Shown here: piece by piece, positions 20,936 through 34,559 of the stretch | Position numbering within the stretch: the first letter of the stretch is position 1 | How the letters are laid out: each line of letters begins with the position of its first letter | Assembly (NCBI GenBank): GCA_043228905.1 | Contig: JBHGNT010000017.1 | Location: forward strand, 11,346,001 to 11,410,000 | Source of the DNA: Azolla caroliniana | Taxonomy: Eukaryota > Plantae > Polypodiophyta | DNA: 64,000 nucleotides | Direction: 5' to 3' | Notes under the pieces: model-generated | The model's input: only the letters and a program-made list of their open reading frames with translations | Told to the model about the DNA's origin: nothing | Database searches by the model: none | Program-made: the position numbers and the translations under genes

Positions 20936-23665
20936 CTAAACCTCCGGCTGAGCCCGAAATCGAGACCCGCGAAGAGAGTCTGATTTCACTCCGTTTAAGT
21001 GGACTGATTGGACGACTGAGTCGGTACGACCAGTCCGATGAAGAGCCGGAGGGTAGTGGAGACTCGGCTGTGCATTCCCCGCGTAGGAAGCCGAGGAGAC
21101 GGCTTACACGCAAAGAGAAAGGGAAGAAGAAGGTGTCGGATTTCGGCACGGATAGGAACGAGTCAGACCGACGCGAGTCCGACTCCGAGGGAACCGGTGA
21201 CGGGACTTTAAAGGTGAAGTCCGCGTCGACCGAGAAGGCCTCGACATCGGCTGATGTGAGATTACGCCGATCTACCCGCCAGAAGAACCCTGTTTGGCGG
21301 TTCGAGTACAACGAGTACATGGCGCATCATTATGCGTACATGACCCGTATAGCGGAAGTGCGTGAGCCGGAGAGCTACACAGAAGCGGAGAAGGATGCGA
21401 ATTGGCGTGCCGCGATGGAGGAAGAGATGAACGCATTGGCGGAGAACGAGACCTAGGACCTGGTTGACGCACCAAAAGGGGGTAAACCAATCGGGTGTAG
21501 GTGGGTGTATAAGGTCAAGTACAACACCGATGGCTCGGTCAACCGGTACAAGGCTCGACTGGTGGCAAAGGGCTACCCGTAGAAACACGGCATCGACTAC
21601 GATGAGACGTTTGCACCGGTCGCGAAAATGACGATCGTCCGTGTTTTGCTCGCAGTAGCTGCGGTGAAGGGGTGGCACTTACATCAGATGGATGTAAAGA
21701 ATGCGTTCTTGCAAGGTGACCTTGACGAACAGGTGTACATGGTACAGCCCCCCGGATTTCACTCTGGAACGAACTCCTCGGCAGTATGCCGACTGAAGCA
21801 GTCCCTTTACGGATTGAAGCAAGCCCCTCGCGCTTGGAACGCGAAGATCACACAACAACTGCGTCGGATGGGCATCGTCACGTCAAAATCGGACTCTTCC
21901 CTGTTCATTCGGAAAGGTCGACTCGGACTGGTTAGTATTTTACTATATGTTGATGACTTGGTCATCACCGGCGCCGATCTAGGTGAAATCGACGGCGTGA
22001 AGCTCCAGCTTGCGGCATTGTTCGACATGAAGGATCTGGGGGACCTTCATTACTTCCTCGGGATCGAAGTGACCTGTACCCCCGAAGGCATATTGATCAG
22101 CCAACGTCATTACGTGCTGAGTATGCTCTTCAAAATCGAGATGGCCAACTGTAAGTCCGTCTCGACTCCTCTGGACAGAACCGTCAAGCTTCGTCCCGAT
22201 ACGGGCAAGGTATGCGACCCGACGAGGTTCCGACAAATTGTCGGAAGCCTCATATACTTGACCATCACCCGACCCGACCTCAGTTATCTGGTCGGAGTGA
22301 TCAGTCAGTTCATGGCGTGACCTACCGAGGAGCACCTTCAGTGTGCGCAACGCATACTTCGGTATGTCAATGGCACTAAGGACCGGGGACTGCTATATCG
22401 GACTGGTGCAGCCGCGCAGTTAGTCGCCTACACCGATGTTGATTGGGCTGGCAACACCGCTGATCGCTGATCCACGTCCGGATACGTGTTGTCCCTCGGG
22501 AGTGCCGCGATCGCGTGGAGTAGTAAGAAGCAGCCGACAGTTGCGCTGTCGAGCACCGAAGCTGAGTATCGAGGAGCGGTTGTCGCGACATGCGAAGCCA
22601 TATGGTTGAAGCGGCTACTTAAGGACCTACAAGAGGAGGTGTCAAATTTGCTCGGATTGCGCCACCTCGACGTGCCAAACTTGAGGGGGAGAACAGTCTC
22701 GAACGACCAAGCAAGGCAGTAGGAAAGGAGCGGAGACCGCAACACCGAGTCGGTTGACTCGGTTGTCGAGTTCGACTTCGGATCGGCTGAAGAAGCCGAG
22801 GGCAGACCCGTGGAAAAGTCCGAAAGCGGACAGAAGGTGAGTAGCCAAACGAGAAAACCAAACCCAACCACGCATGGGGAAGATGATGCCATCAAGGGCG
22901 AGAAGAACGAAGACGAGGTGGCGACAGCCAACTCGGACGAGAGCGAAAACCGATCGGAGGTAGCCGAGTCGGTTCGGATGTTTGATTCAGATACGTTGAA
23001 TCAACCGAGGCCCAAGCGGAAGAAAAGGCAAGAGGAGAAGCGTCAACATCGCAACAGCAGAAGAGCTGATAAGGGCCACGTGAGTAGACAAGCCGACCGG
23101 AAGGGTCGAAGCGCGCGGAGTCGAACAGGTCTAGGAGCGCGAGCGAGGCGTGAAGCCAAGAGGAACCGGAGCTGTGAGCCCAAAGATCCCGAAGAGCCTC
23201 AAGTTGAGCTTGAGGGGGAGTGTTGAGAGACAAGCTCAACATCGGGCGGATCGGCTGAAGAAGCCAAGGACCGGATCGGTTGGGACCGATCGGTTAGGCC
23301 GAGTGCGTAAACCGGTACCCAGACCGGTGTGTACGTAGGGCTGGATCGGTGCGGAAACCGGGAGGCCGTTAGGAAAGATATTCCGTGAGGAATACATTTG
23401 GGAGTTTGTGTAGGAGCTCTTAATGAGCATTGAAGTACTGTTAGTACTTCTGTCAGTTTTTCTAGGACTTGTATAAAAGTGTTCATTGAACACACATATG
23501 TATAGAGTCGTGAATAGAGTGTTGAATATATTTCCTTGTCTCTTTTCTCTCTCTCGCTCTCTCTGTCTCTCCCGTGTATACCGTGTAAGTTCAAGCTCTC
23601 CATTAAACCTGAGTTTTCATCCTTCTGTTTGGTCTTCATACTCGCTTCCGCACGCTACTTTTTAC
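20936..23665 (+). mobile_element. Ty1/copia family C1, 5'-truncated: RT, RNase H, 3' extension and 3' LTR (23221-23665)
   Basis: Encodes [24 protein letters not shown] and [33 protein letters not shown] precedes TGTTGAG...TTTACA. Confidence 0.9.
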
Positions 23666-25507
23666 AAAAGATAAGGATACAAGCTCCGACTCCAAAGCGC
23701 TCCTTACCGAATCAGAATGCGGAAGACAAAGGAACCGTAGTCCCCAGAACTGGGAGAAGTCGAGGACACGGTCAAAGTCAAGGGGAAGGCCTACCTACTT
23801 CTATTGCGGCAAGCCAGGACACTTCCAGAAGACGCCGGAACTAAACGGGCTGGCCGAGAGGATAAACCGGACCATAATGGAGAGGGTCCAGAGTATGCTG
23901 GCGCATGCAAAACTGCCCAAGAAGTTTTGGGCTGAGGCACTCTTGACGGCGACATATGTGATAAACAGATCACCCTCAGTACCCTTGGACGGAGACACGC
24001 CACAGAGAGTCTAGACTGGTAAGGAAGTATCCTACCGGCATCTAAAAGTATTCGGGTGTCTTGCGTATGTGCATGTTGCTAAGGACCGGAGACGAAAGTT
24101 GGATCCAAAGACCCGGCCATGCATATTCCTCGGTTACGGTGACGATGAGTTCGGCTACCGAGTGTGGAACCTGGTCGACAAGAAGGTATTCTGGAGTGGA
24201 GATATTATCTTCATGGAGGACTAGACGCTCGCCGACTAGGAGTCGGAGAAGAAGATAATGAACTCCGAGTTGACCGGTATGGATCGATTCTACGATGAGC
24301 AGATCCAACCTGCAAGAGATCGGTTAGCACTCGAGGAACCAGCCAGTTACGGTGAGGATACTGAACCGGCAGAAGAAGAAGTAGAGGAAGTTGAAACCAG
24401 AACCGACCAAGACCCCGAATCGGATTCGGATGAAGAGCAAATGGAGGAGCTGATTACCGAAGCCCAAAGATGGAGATATCCTCTTAGAGAGAGAAGGGCC
24501 CTCCGGAGATTTCCGGATGCAGAGTATGTGCTGCTGACCGATGAGTGAGAGCCGGAAAGCTTCGAAGAAGCGAAGGATGACACCCACAACCGCAAATGGC
24601 TAAGTGTCATGCAGGATGAGATGGATTCCCTGCATGAGAACCATACGTACGAATTGGTGGAGTTGCCGAAAGGAAAGCGGGCACTCCGAAACAAGTGGGT
24701 GTACAAGTTGAAACCGGGAGATGCCGGCAACCCCCCGAGGTACAAAGCTAGGATTGTGGTGAAGGGGTTCCAGCAGAAGAAGGGCGTGGACTTCGATGAG
24801 ATATTTGCCCCGGTAGTAAAGATGACCTCCATCCGGACGGTTCTGAGTATAGCGGCAAGCATGGACCCCGACGTAGAGCAGCTAGACGTGAAGACGACAT
24901 TCCTTCATGGTGACCTCGAAGAGGAGATCTACATGCAGCAACCGGATTGATTCGTGGAGAAAGGGAAGGAGCACCTGGTTTGCCGGTTGAAGAAGACCCT
25001 GTACGGAGTAAAGCAGGCTCCCCGACAATTGTACCGGAAGTTCGACTCCTTCATGACCGATCAAGGGTACCACAAGACGCAGGCCGATCACTACGTGTTT
25101 GTGAAGAAGTTCGAAGGAGGCAACTTCCTGATACTCCTTCTATATGTGGATGACATGTTCATCGTCGGACGGGACCAAGCCAGAATACAGATGCAGAAGA
25201 AGGCTCTCAACCGAACTTTCGCAATGAAAGTCTTGGGTTCGGCAAGATAGATGTCGGGGATGCATATCATCCGGAACTAGCCAACGAAGCAATTGTGGTT
25301 GTTACAAGAGAAATACCTGACAAAGGTGCTTCAGCGGTTCAACATGTTAGAAGCAAAACCGATCGGATCGACACTGCCGGCAAACTGCAAATTATTCGGT
25401 AAGCAAAACCCGAAGACGAAAGCAGAGAAGGCTGATATGATGAAGGTTCCATATGCCTCTGCCGTCGGGAGCTTAATGTACGCAATGGTGTGTACCCAAC
25501 CGGATAT
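23666..25507 (+). pseudogene. Tnt1/Tork-like copia integrase-RT fragment
   Basis: Encodes NGLAERINRTIMERV, EQLDVKTTFLHGDLEEEIYM, LLLYVDDM and VPYASAVGSLMYAMVCT, with many stops. Confidence 0.85.
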
Positions 25508-28500
25508 ATTACGCTTAGACACCTGTTTGTTGTTCCACACCCACTTGGTGGTCTAGGTCGAAGGACTAACCGCGGATCGTGTTCCTAATCGGCAACACTT
25601 TTGGCGCTCTTGGTGATTTTTGTCTTCTCACAGACGAACAACGACGAATGGATGTTTAGCCAAAGACGCCCCAGAGAACCAACATGACAAGACCGACCAA
25701 TAACAAGGTCCATCACATGCCAGTCAGAAGAACGCGCACGGCTAAAGTCACGCCTCAGCAACCTTAGTACTACCTGCCGGGAGTACAAAGGTGATTCTTC
25801 ACTCTCCAAATACCTCGACGAGACGCGGAGACTACGCTCACCGCAGCCACTCGGTGGTCTTTCCCGTCCCGCCGTACCCCCCACCATGGCCTTTGCCTAC
25901 CCCCGCTTTAACAGCGAAACCGACGCCCCAACGCATATTCCCATGTTCCTGAATGTCTGGAATGCGAACCACATGGCGCAGAGCCTTTCGGAGGCGGTAG
26001 CACACCAGTTGAAAGTGACGGAGTTCGGGTTAACATTAGATGGGCAAGCCACGTTTTGGCATTCACAGATGAATTTACCAGCAATAACAACCTTCGATCA
26101 GCTGCAGTCCGCGTTCTTGCGATTCTTCCATCGGAGGGTTCCACAGCGCGAAATCCTCAGACAGTTTTATACGATTAAGCAACTGTCGACAGAGACAATA
26201 GCGGACTTCAACTTACGCTTCCAAAATTTACGACGGAATCTGGAATGGAGCCCCGCAGAAGACGAGGCTCGGGAAACATTTCTGGCAGCTTTACGCCAGC
26301 CCATTCGGGTAACGCTCAACAACAATAGCGTGAAAGGGGAAACGGCAGATATGGTAATTGAACGAGCGTTACAACTCGAGTTGGATGACAAGGAGGAAAG
26401 GTTTTCTATGTCCTCCTTACGACAAGCGTTACCTCAGGATGAGGAATGCCAGTTTCGTCAAGCAATCCAGTGCACGATTTGCTTGAACTCAGGGCATGCC
26501 GCAGTGGACTGCAATATGCGAATCCACTGCCCAATCTGCCACTCGAAGGCTCACACAGTCGACCAATGCGAGTACAATATGTTAAACAGAGCCACTCCCG
26601 CAGTCCGCAACATGGACACACAGCGTCAACCACACCGGACTGAACAAAGGAGGCAAGAAGACCGACCCCGGTATAAGGATCGCAACCCACGGGAGGACCG
26701 GTACCACCGGAATCGCCGAAATCACAACGATTCCGAGGAGGACGACCCAGAGGACGAGGATTATTGTGGACATCCGAGTTACATCCGACAAACAAATGGG
26801 GCGGCTTCAATGGTTATCGTGGTAAGCCACGGCAATATCAGGATCACCGGCATTACGACGAAAGCTCGGGGGATGAGAGGCACCAGGAACAAAGACGAGA
26901 CCAACAGCAGCCACCGCGTACGTTCCGACAAATGAGGCCGGACCGCGAGGAGCAAGTAGCACCAAGGGAGCGGCACACACCACCAGAAGCCGAGAAGGGT
27001 GAATCAAGCATCCATTGTTTTATTTTTCAGCAATCCGGACATTATGCCACGCAATGCCCAGCACGCAAGGGAAAGGGGCCCGCTGTCAATACGATTACGG
27101 CGGAGGTGCAACAAGTCACGACACGCTAGCAAAGCAAACGCGACAAATACGGAACGTATGCGGAAGGAGTCCGCGAACACAATGGAGCGAGCAGAGGACG
27201 AAAGACCGGTCCCAGACCCCATTTGGCAGGCGTTAGCGGGCTGTGAGATAACGTTAACCATGGAGAAACTGTTGTAGCTAGTCCCACGCTTCCGCCAAAC
27301 CATGGAAGAACGGTTGACAAGCATAACCGGGGTGAGTATCGCTACAAACCTTACAAACGTCAGAAGTGGACCGTTGGTAGTGGATCAGCACAACCCGGCT
27401 ATTACATTAATATTACACGGACATGAAATTCCTAGATGTGTAATCGACGGCGGCTCATGCGTCAATGTAAATAGCGCCAAAACTTGCGAGCAGTTAGGCA
27501 TTTCTGAATGGGAGGCTTGCCCATTCTGGCTCCGAATGGCAGATACCCGCTCAGTACGACCATTAGGGTTAATTCGCAAAATTGGCATTATCGTGGGCGG
27601 ACACCGATTCGACATCTCGGCGGTCGTCTTCGCCTTGGACGCCCCAAGGGCGTACCCAGTGCTTCTGGGCAGACCATGGCTTAGGGCAGCAAATATCAAG
27701 TAGAGCTGGTTACACAAGTGTATTAGTTTCCGACACGAACGCACCAAGGTTCGCGTACCTATAGAGGGAAGCACGCCACAATCGAAGGGTATAACACCAT
27801 TATACGCAGAAGATATAAATATGTTGGCTGGGGTGGAGGATACAAAATTGGAGGCATACCTCAACGAGCACCCTCGGATTATTCCGTTGTTTGAGATAGA
27901 CGTCATCGCAACTGTGGCAGAATATGCCACGGGCACTGTTCTCCACGACGAGCCTTACGAACCAAACCCAGAGTCCATATTGGAACTCAGCAGAGCACGA
28001 GCGGCATTCGAAAGGGAAATGGAGATTTCTTGATGAGTCACCGCTTCCTCCCTCGAAGAAGTAAATATGGGTACGGAATAGGAGCCTCGTTTCCTCTCCA
28101 TCGCAAAGGAATTAAGGCTGGACCAGCGAAAAATGATGATCGCACTACTCACAGAATATAAGGATGTGTTCGCTTGGGCTCACGAGGACATGAAGGGGTT
28201 AGATCCCAAGTTCTATCAGCATAAGATCAATTTAGCAACCGACGCGAAACCCGTCCAACAGCGCCGCTACCGCATGAACCCGAACTACGCGACCCGTGTG
28301 AAAGAAGAAATTGACAAGCTCCTGAAGGAGGGGTTCATACGACCAGTTAAACAAGTGACATGGTTAAGCCCGACAGTGGTCGTTCCAAAGAAAAACGGCA
28401 AAATACAGGTATGCGTAGATTACCGAAAATTAAACGTCGTCACCATTACAAACGCATTTCCCTTACCCTTCACCGATAGCGTACTGGACGTCATCGCAGG

Positions 28501-29264
28501 CCATGAGATGTACAGTTCTTTAGATGGCTTTAGTGGCTATATCTAGGTACGCATGCATCCCGAGGACCAAGAAAAGAAGGCATTTGTCACGGACTGGGGA
28601 GTATATGTGGCAGTCGTCATGATGTTCGGGTTAAAGACGGCACCGGCAACATTTCAACGAACAATTACGGATATCTTTGGGGAATACATTCCGGCCTGGA
28701 ACATTGCCGCACCGCACGCTTAAGCCTGAATCCCACAAAATATGCTTTCGGTGTGACCAGCGGGACTCTCTTGGGCCATATAGTCAGCAAGGAGGGAATA
28801 GCGGTTGATCCGAACAAAATCTCCGCGATCACGCAAGCCAACACTCTGACAAACGCCAAATCACTCAACCGGTTTTTGGGACAAATACGGTGGCATAGTC
28901 AGATGATACGGTATTTGGCGGACTTCGCCATGCCGTTACACGCTGCCCTACATCGGACTCCTTTCCAATGGACTGCAACGGAGGATAAGGCCTACGAGGC
29001 ACTTAAGATAATGCTCACATAGGCTCCCATCGTACAACCACCAGTTTGGGCGAAGCCATTCCACATGTTCGTTGACGCCACAGACATAGCAATAGGAAGT
29101 GCACTAATGCAGCTCACCGAACCAAGCTGGTACCGGCCAGTATACTATGCTAGTCGCAAATTATCAACAACAGAGCGTAACTACTCCACAACCGAGCGGG
29201 AAGTGCTAGGGATGATCTATAGCATCAATAAATTCCGGCACTATTTATTAGGAAGGAAATTCAC
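25508..29264 (+). mobile_element. Ty3/gypsy family B 5' half: LTR remnant 25508-25597, PBS-like TGGCGCTCTTGG (25602), gag, protease, RT, RNase H
   Basis: 25508-25597 matches 39811-39899. Gag 25886-27129 has CCHC knuckles. Protease VIDGGSCVN/LLGRPWL, RT CVDYRKLN, RNase H FVDATDIAIG...RNYSTTERE. Interrupted by a copia at 29265. Confidence 0.88.
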
Positions 29265-32200
29265 TGTAGAAAGTAGAGTGCGGAAGCAAGTATGAAGACT
29301 GAACAAGGGAAGGAAATTCAGGTTCAATGGAGAGCTTAGGCTTACACGGTATATGCGGGAGAGACCGAGAGAGAAAGCAGAAAACACTATATTCAATAAT
29401 AATACTCAGTCTGTGTGTGTACATAAGACGTGCTTAGTGAGCACTTTTATACAAGTCCTAAAAGGACTGACTGAAGTATTGACAGTACTTCAATGCTCAT
29501 CAAGAGCCCCTACACTAACTCCCAAATATATTCCTCACGGAATATCTTTCCTAACGATCTCCCGGTTTATGTACTCGGCCTAACCGATCGGTCCCAACCG
29601 ATCCGCTCCTCGGCTTCTTCAGCCGATACGGCCGATGTTGAGCTTGTCTCTCAACACTCCCCCTCAAGCTCAACTTGAGGCTCTTTGGGATCTTCACAAC
29701 ACCGGTTCCTCCTGGCTTCTCACCTCGCTTGCGCTCCTCAACCTGTTCGACTCCGCGCGCTTCGACCCTTCCGGTCGGCTTGTCTGCTCATGTGGCCCTC
29801 ATCAGCTCTTCTGTTGTTGCGGTGTTGACGCTTCTTCTGCTGCCTTTTCTTCCGGTTGGGCCTCGGTTGATTCAGCGTGTCTGAATCAAACATCCGAACA
29901 GACTCGGATACCTCCGATTGGTCTTCGCTCTCGTCCTAGTTAGCTGTCTCCAACTCGTCTTCGGTCTTCTCGCCCTCGATGGCGTAATCTTCCCCATCCG
30001 TGGTTGGCTTCAGCTCCCTCCTTCGGTTGCTCCCCTTCTGTCTGCTTCCGAACTTTTCCGCGGGTCCGCCCTCGGCTTCTTCAGCCGATCCGAAGTCAAA
30101 CTTGTCAACTGACTCGGTGTCGCGGTCTCTGCTCCTTTCCTGCTGCTTTGCTTGGTCGTTCGGGACTGTTCTCCCCCTCAAGTTCGGCACGTCAAGGTGA
30201 CGCAACCCGAGCGCACCTGAGAATTGCCGCAACTTGTCCAGACCAAGAGGCTTTGTGAAGATGTCGGCAGCCTGCCGATCCGTCGGAACGTACTGGAGTT
30301 CGACTTCACCGGAAAGGACACGCTCATGGACGAAATGGTAGTGCACCTCAATGGGCTTGGTCCGTGCGTGGAAAACTGGGTTCTTCGCGAGTTGGATGTT
30401 GCTGAGGTTGTCGCAGTAGATCGTCGTCGGATCTGACACCTCCACTTGCAGATCCTTAAGTAGCCGCTTCAACCATATGGCTTCGTATGTCGCGACAGCC
30501 GCTCCTCGGTACTCAGCTTCGGTTCTCGACATAGCAATTGTCGGCTGCTTCTTACTGCACCACGCGATCGCGGCACTCCGAGGGAGAACGCGTATCCAGA
30601 CGTTGATCGGCGATTGGCTGCGTTGCCAGCCCAATCAGCATCGATGTAGCCGACTAATTGCGCGGCTGCACCGGTCCGATATAGCAGTCCCCGATCCTTA
30701 GTGCCGTTGACATACTGAAGTATGAGTTGCGCACATTGAAGGTGCTCCTCAGTAGGTCGCGCCATGAACTGACTAATCACTCCGATCGGATAACTAAGGT
30801 CGGGTCGGGTGATGGTCAAGTATATGAGGCTACCGACAATTTGTCAGAACCTCGTCGGGTCGCATACCTTTCCCGTATCGGGACGAAGCTTGACGGTTCT
30901 ATCCAGAGGAGTCGAGACGGACTTACAGTCGGCCATCCCGAATTTGAAGATCATACTCAGCACATAATGACGTTGGCTGATCAATATGCCTTCGGGGGTA
31001 CGGATCACTTCGATCCCGAGCAAGTAATTAAGGTCCCCCAGATCCTTCATGTCGAACTATGCCCCAAGCTAGAGCTTCACGCGGTCGATTTCACTGAGGT
31101 CGGCGCCGGTGATGACCAAGTCATCAACATACAGTAAAATACTAACCGGATGAATAGGGAAGAGTCCGATTTTGACGTGACGAAGCCCAACCGACGCAGT
31201 TGTTGCGTGATCTTTGCGTTCCAGGCACGCGGGGCTTGCTTCAGTCCGTAAGGGGACTTCTTCAGTCGGCATATTGCCGAGGAGTTCGTTCCGGAGTGAA
31301 ATCCGGGGGGTTGTACCATGTACACTTGTTCCTCAAGGTCACCTTGCAGGAACGCATTCTTTACATCCATTTGATGTAAGTGCCACCCCTTGGCCGCGGC
31401 TACTGCGAGCAAAACACGGACGGTCGTCATTTTCGCGGCGCAAACGTCTCATCGTAGTCGATGCTGTGTTTCTGCGCGTAGCCCTTTGCCACTAGCCGAG
31501 CCTTGTACCGGTTGACCGAGCCATCGGTGTTGTACTTGACCTTGTACACCCACCTACACCCGATCGGCTTCACACCCTTCGGTGCGTCAACCAGGTCCCA
31601 GGTCTCGTTCTCCGCCAATGCGTGCATCTCTTCCTCCATCACGGCACGCCAATTCGCGTCTTTAGCCGCTTCTGCGTAGCTCTCCGGTTCACGCACTTCC
31701 GCTACACGAGTCATGTACGCATAATGATGCGCCATGTACTCGTTGTATCCGAACCGCACAACTGGGTTCTTCTGGCGGGTAGATCAGCGTAATCTCAGAT
31801 TAGCCGATGTCGAGGCCTTCTCGGTCGACGCGGTCTTCACCTTTAAAGACCCGTCACCGGTTCCCTCGGAGTCGGACTCGCGTCGGTCTGACTCGTTCCT
31901 TTCTGTGCCGGAATCCGAAACATTCTTCTTCTTCCCTTTCTCTTTGTGCGTAAGCCGTCTCCTCGGCTTCCTGCGCGGGGAATGCGCGGCCGAGTCTCCA
32001 CTACTCGCCGGCTCTTCATCGGACTGGTCGTACCCACTCAGTCGTCCAATCGGTCCAGTTAACAGGAGTGAAATCGGACTCTCTTCGCGGGTCTCGATTT
32101 CGGGCTCACCCGGAGGCATCTCGGCCTTGCTGACCTCATCGTTACAACTCGGATTGGAGTCGGGGTTCGGAGTCGGGGACTGGTACCAGGACGTGGACTC

Positions 32201-33711
32201 GTCAACCACAATGTCGTGGCTAACACGCGCTGGTTTGGTGTGAGGGTTATAGCACTTATAACCCTTCTGCTCGTCCGAGTAACCGACCAAGATGCATTTC
32301 TCGGCCTTTGCGTCTAGCTTCCTCCTTTTCTCCTTCGGTACATGCACATACGAATTGCTACCGAACACCCTCAAGTGTCGCATGTTCGGCTTCGTTCCGA
32401 AATATAGCTCGTGCGCGGACACTTTGTCTCCGATCCGGTTCTGGATGTATACCGCGGTCCTTACCGCCTCGGCCCAGTAGAACTTGGGCAAGCTCTTCTC
32501 CTCCAGCATTGCCCGTGCCGCTTCCACAATCGACCGGTTCTTCCTCTCAGCCACGCCGTTCTGCTCTGGCGTGTATCTAAAACTGAATTCGCGCCGAATT
32601 CCCATTTGTTGTAGATAACCGTTGAATTGACTGGAAAAGTACTCTTTCCCGCCATCCGACCGCAAGCACTTGATCTTTCATCCCGTTTCTGTTTCCACGA
32701 ACCCTTTGAGGTCCCGGAAATAGTCGAAGACTTCGCTCTTCCTCTCAATGAGGTAGATCCACGTGTGCCACGTGTGGTCGTCGATGAAGTCGACGAAATA
32801 TCGGCTCCCACCAATGCTAACGTTTTGTGTCGGTCCCCACACATCGGAATGTATAAGGTCGAGCTTGTTCCGGCTCCGGTTTCGCTCGTTGGGGAAAGGA
32901 AGTCGGTGTTGCTTCCCGAGCTGGCAGGCTTCACAAATTTGTGCCTTTCGGCCACTAAACTTGGGCAATCCGAACACTACCTGTTTCGATTGCAAATCTT
33001 GAAGCCGCTGGTGGTTGATGTGGCCTATCCGCTTGTGCCATAAGTCGATGTCCGACTCGGTCTTTTGTCCCTTCGCGAACATTGCGGTGCCGCCGTCAGT
33101 GGAGTCGAGGATGAACATCCTCCCGTCTCTGCGCCCTTGCGCAATCACACGGCCTTCTTCCTCAATGAAGCACCCGAGGTGTGTACACCGAACCTCCATC
33201 CCTTGGTCGACGATCTGTCCGACCGAGACCAATTTTTTCGTGATTGTCGGGACGTGCAACACGTTCATGAGTTTCCCTTTCTGCCCGACATGGTTAAGGG
33301 GAACTTCTCCGACATTCGCGATCGGATGCGGAGTGTCGTCTCCTGTTGCGACTACTCCCGATTGTATCGGTTTTCCAAGGTACGAGAACCACTCCTTATG
33401 GCTCGTCATGTGGTTTGACGCGCCAGAGTCTACGTACCACACCTTGTCCGATCTCGGGGTGCTCTGTTTCATTGAGTTTCCTTCGTGTCTCATCACGAAG
33501 ACAGACCCTTCTCCGGCTCTCCCGGAATCTTCGGCGTAATGCGATCACTGCCGATTTCCCTTGTCGGTATGACTGGAGCCGTTCCCGGAACTAGTTCTTT
33601 CCGATTCGGCGCGCTTCTTCCAGCACTCGCTTTCCCTGTGGCCTTTCTTGCCACAGTACCAGCACTCCGCGATGGCCTTCCCTTGCCCGTTCTTATCGCT
33701 TCGACTCCCCC
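29265..33711 (-). mobile_element. Ty1/copia family C1, truncated in gag: 3' LTR 29265-29656 and degenerate pol
   Basis: ORFs 32678-33496 (PR/IN), 31784-32665 (IN), 31077-31759 (RT) and 29936-30634 (RH). Colinear with 46055-51653. Confidence 0.92.
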
Positions 33712-34231
33712 TGTTGTAGGTTTTTAGGGTTAGGGTTAATGAGAATGGTGATGATGATGATTGATGATGAAGATAGACATTGTGTAATGGTGGAGATGAT
33801 GATTGGTATGATGGTGAGAGAGAACATGAAGAACAAGACAAGCATTGCGGGGTGGGGGGTGGTGCCTAGAATGGCTCCACCCCCCTCCCAAGGGGGTTCA
33901 ACGTTAAGGAGAGGGAAGAGAGAGAGAGAGAGAGATGAAAAGAGAGATAGATAGAGAGAAATGATTCCTTCATGTTTCATTCATTCCCCATAAGGGGGTT
34001 AAATAGTACAAGAGGGGGTAGATACAAAGGGGTGTAAGCCCCCTAGAGCATTTATACTGGACACTCACTCATACCTCCTCGTATCCATCCACATGCACAC
34101 ACGTGTGCATGTGTTCACATATGTATCGACTCACAATTACATTTAGGCCCCCTACACATACACAACATTATGATAACATTCGACCCTCGCTCATCACACT
34201 TGACTCTCCGTACATCTCGTACGAGGTAACA
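33712..34231 (+). repeat. 5' LTR of a third gypsy-like family, starting with telomere-like repeats
   Basis: TGTTGTAG...GGTAACA, homologous over its length to the solo LTR 63123-63643, and followed by a PBS. Confidence 0.85.
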
Positions 34232-34236
34232 CAATA

Positions 34237-34252
34237 TGGCACGCCCGTGGGA
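34237..34252 (+). promoter_or_regulatory. PBS, tRNA-Arg-like
   Basis: TGGCACGCCCGTGGGA resembles the complement of the plant tRNA-Arg(UCU) 3' end (TGGCACGCCCGGTGGGA, recalled), with one G missing. Confidence 0.7.
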
Positions 34253-34559
34253 AAGTGCCTTGCACGCCAATCCCACATGCCTTGATGATGATATTTCTTC
34301 GACCGGAACTCCCTCGATCGGAGCGCTTGACTCGAATATCTCCTTCGGTCAGCGACTTCATCGACACGAACATTCTCGTTCTGTCGGTTCACGAACATTG
34401 ATATCATGGGTCCAAAAACGTTGTGTATGTGTATCTTCCTTTTGTTGATTTTGTGAGTTGTGTGTCGATCACATCCATTTCTTTTAGGTTGATGAGTTTT
34501 CGAAATTTCGTAGGTGCCCTTTGATTTTTAAAATTTTAATTATGTACGCTCTAGTTTTT

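Noticed and set aside
33712-33740. De novo telomere addition (chromosome healing) at the broken copia gag
   Set aside because: The repeats are part of an LTR that also occurs as a TSD-flanked solo copy at 63123-63643.
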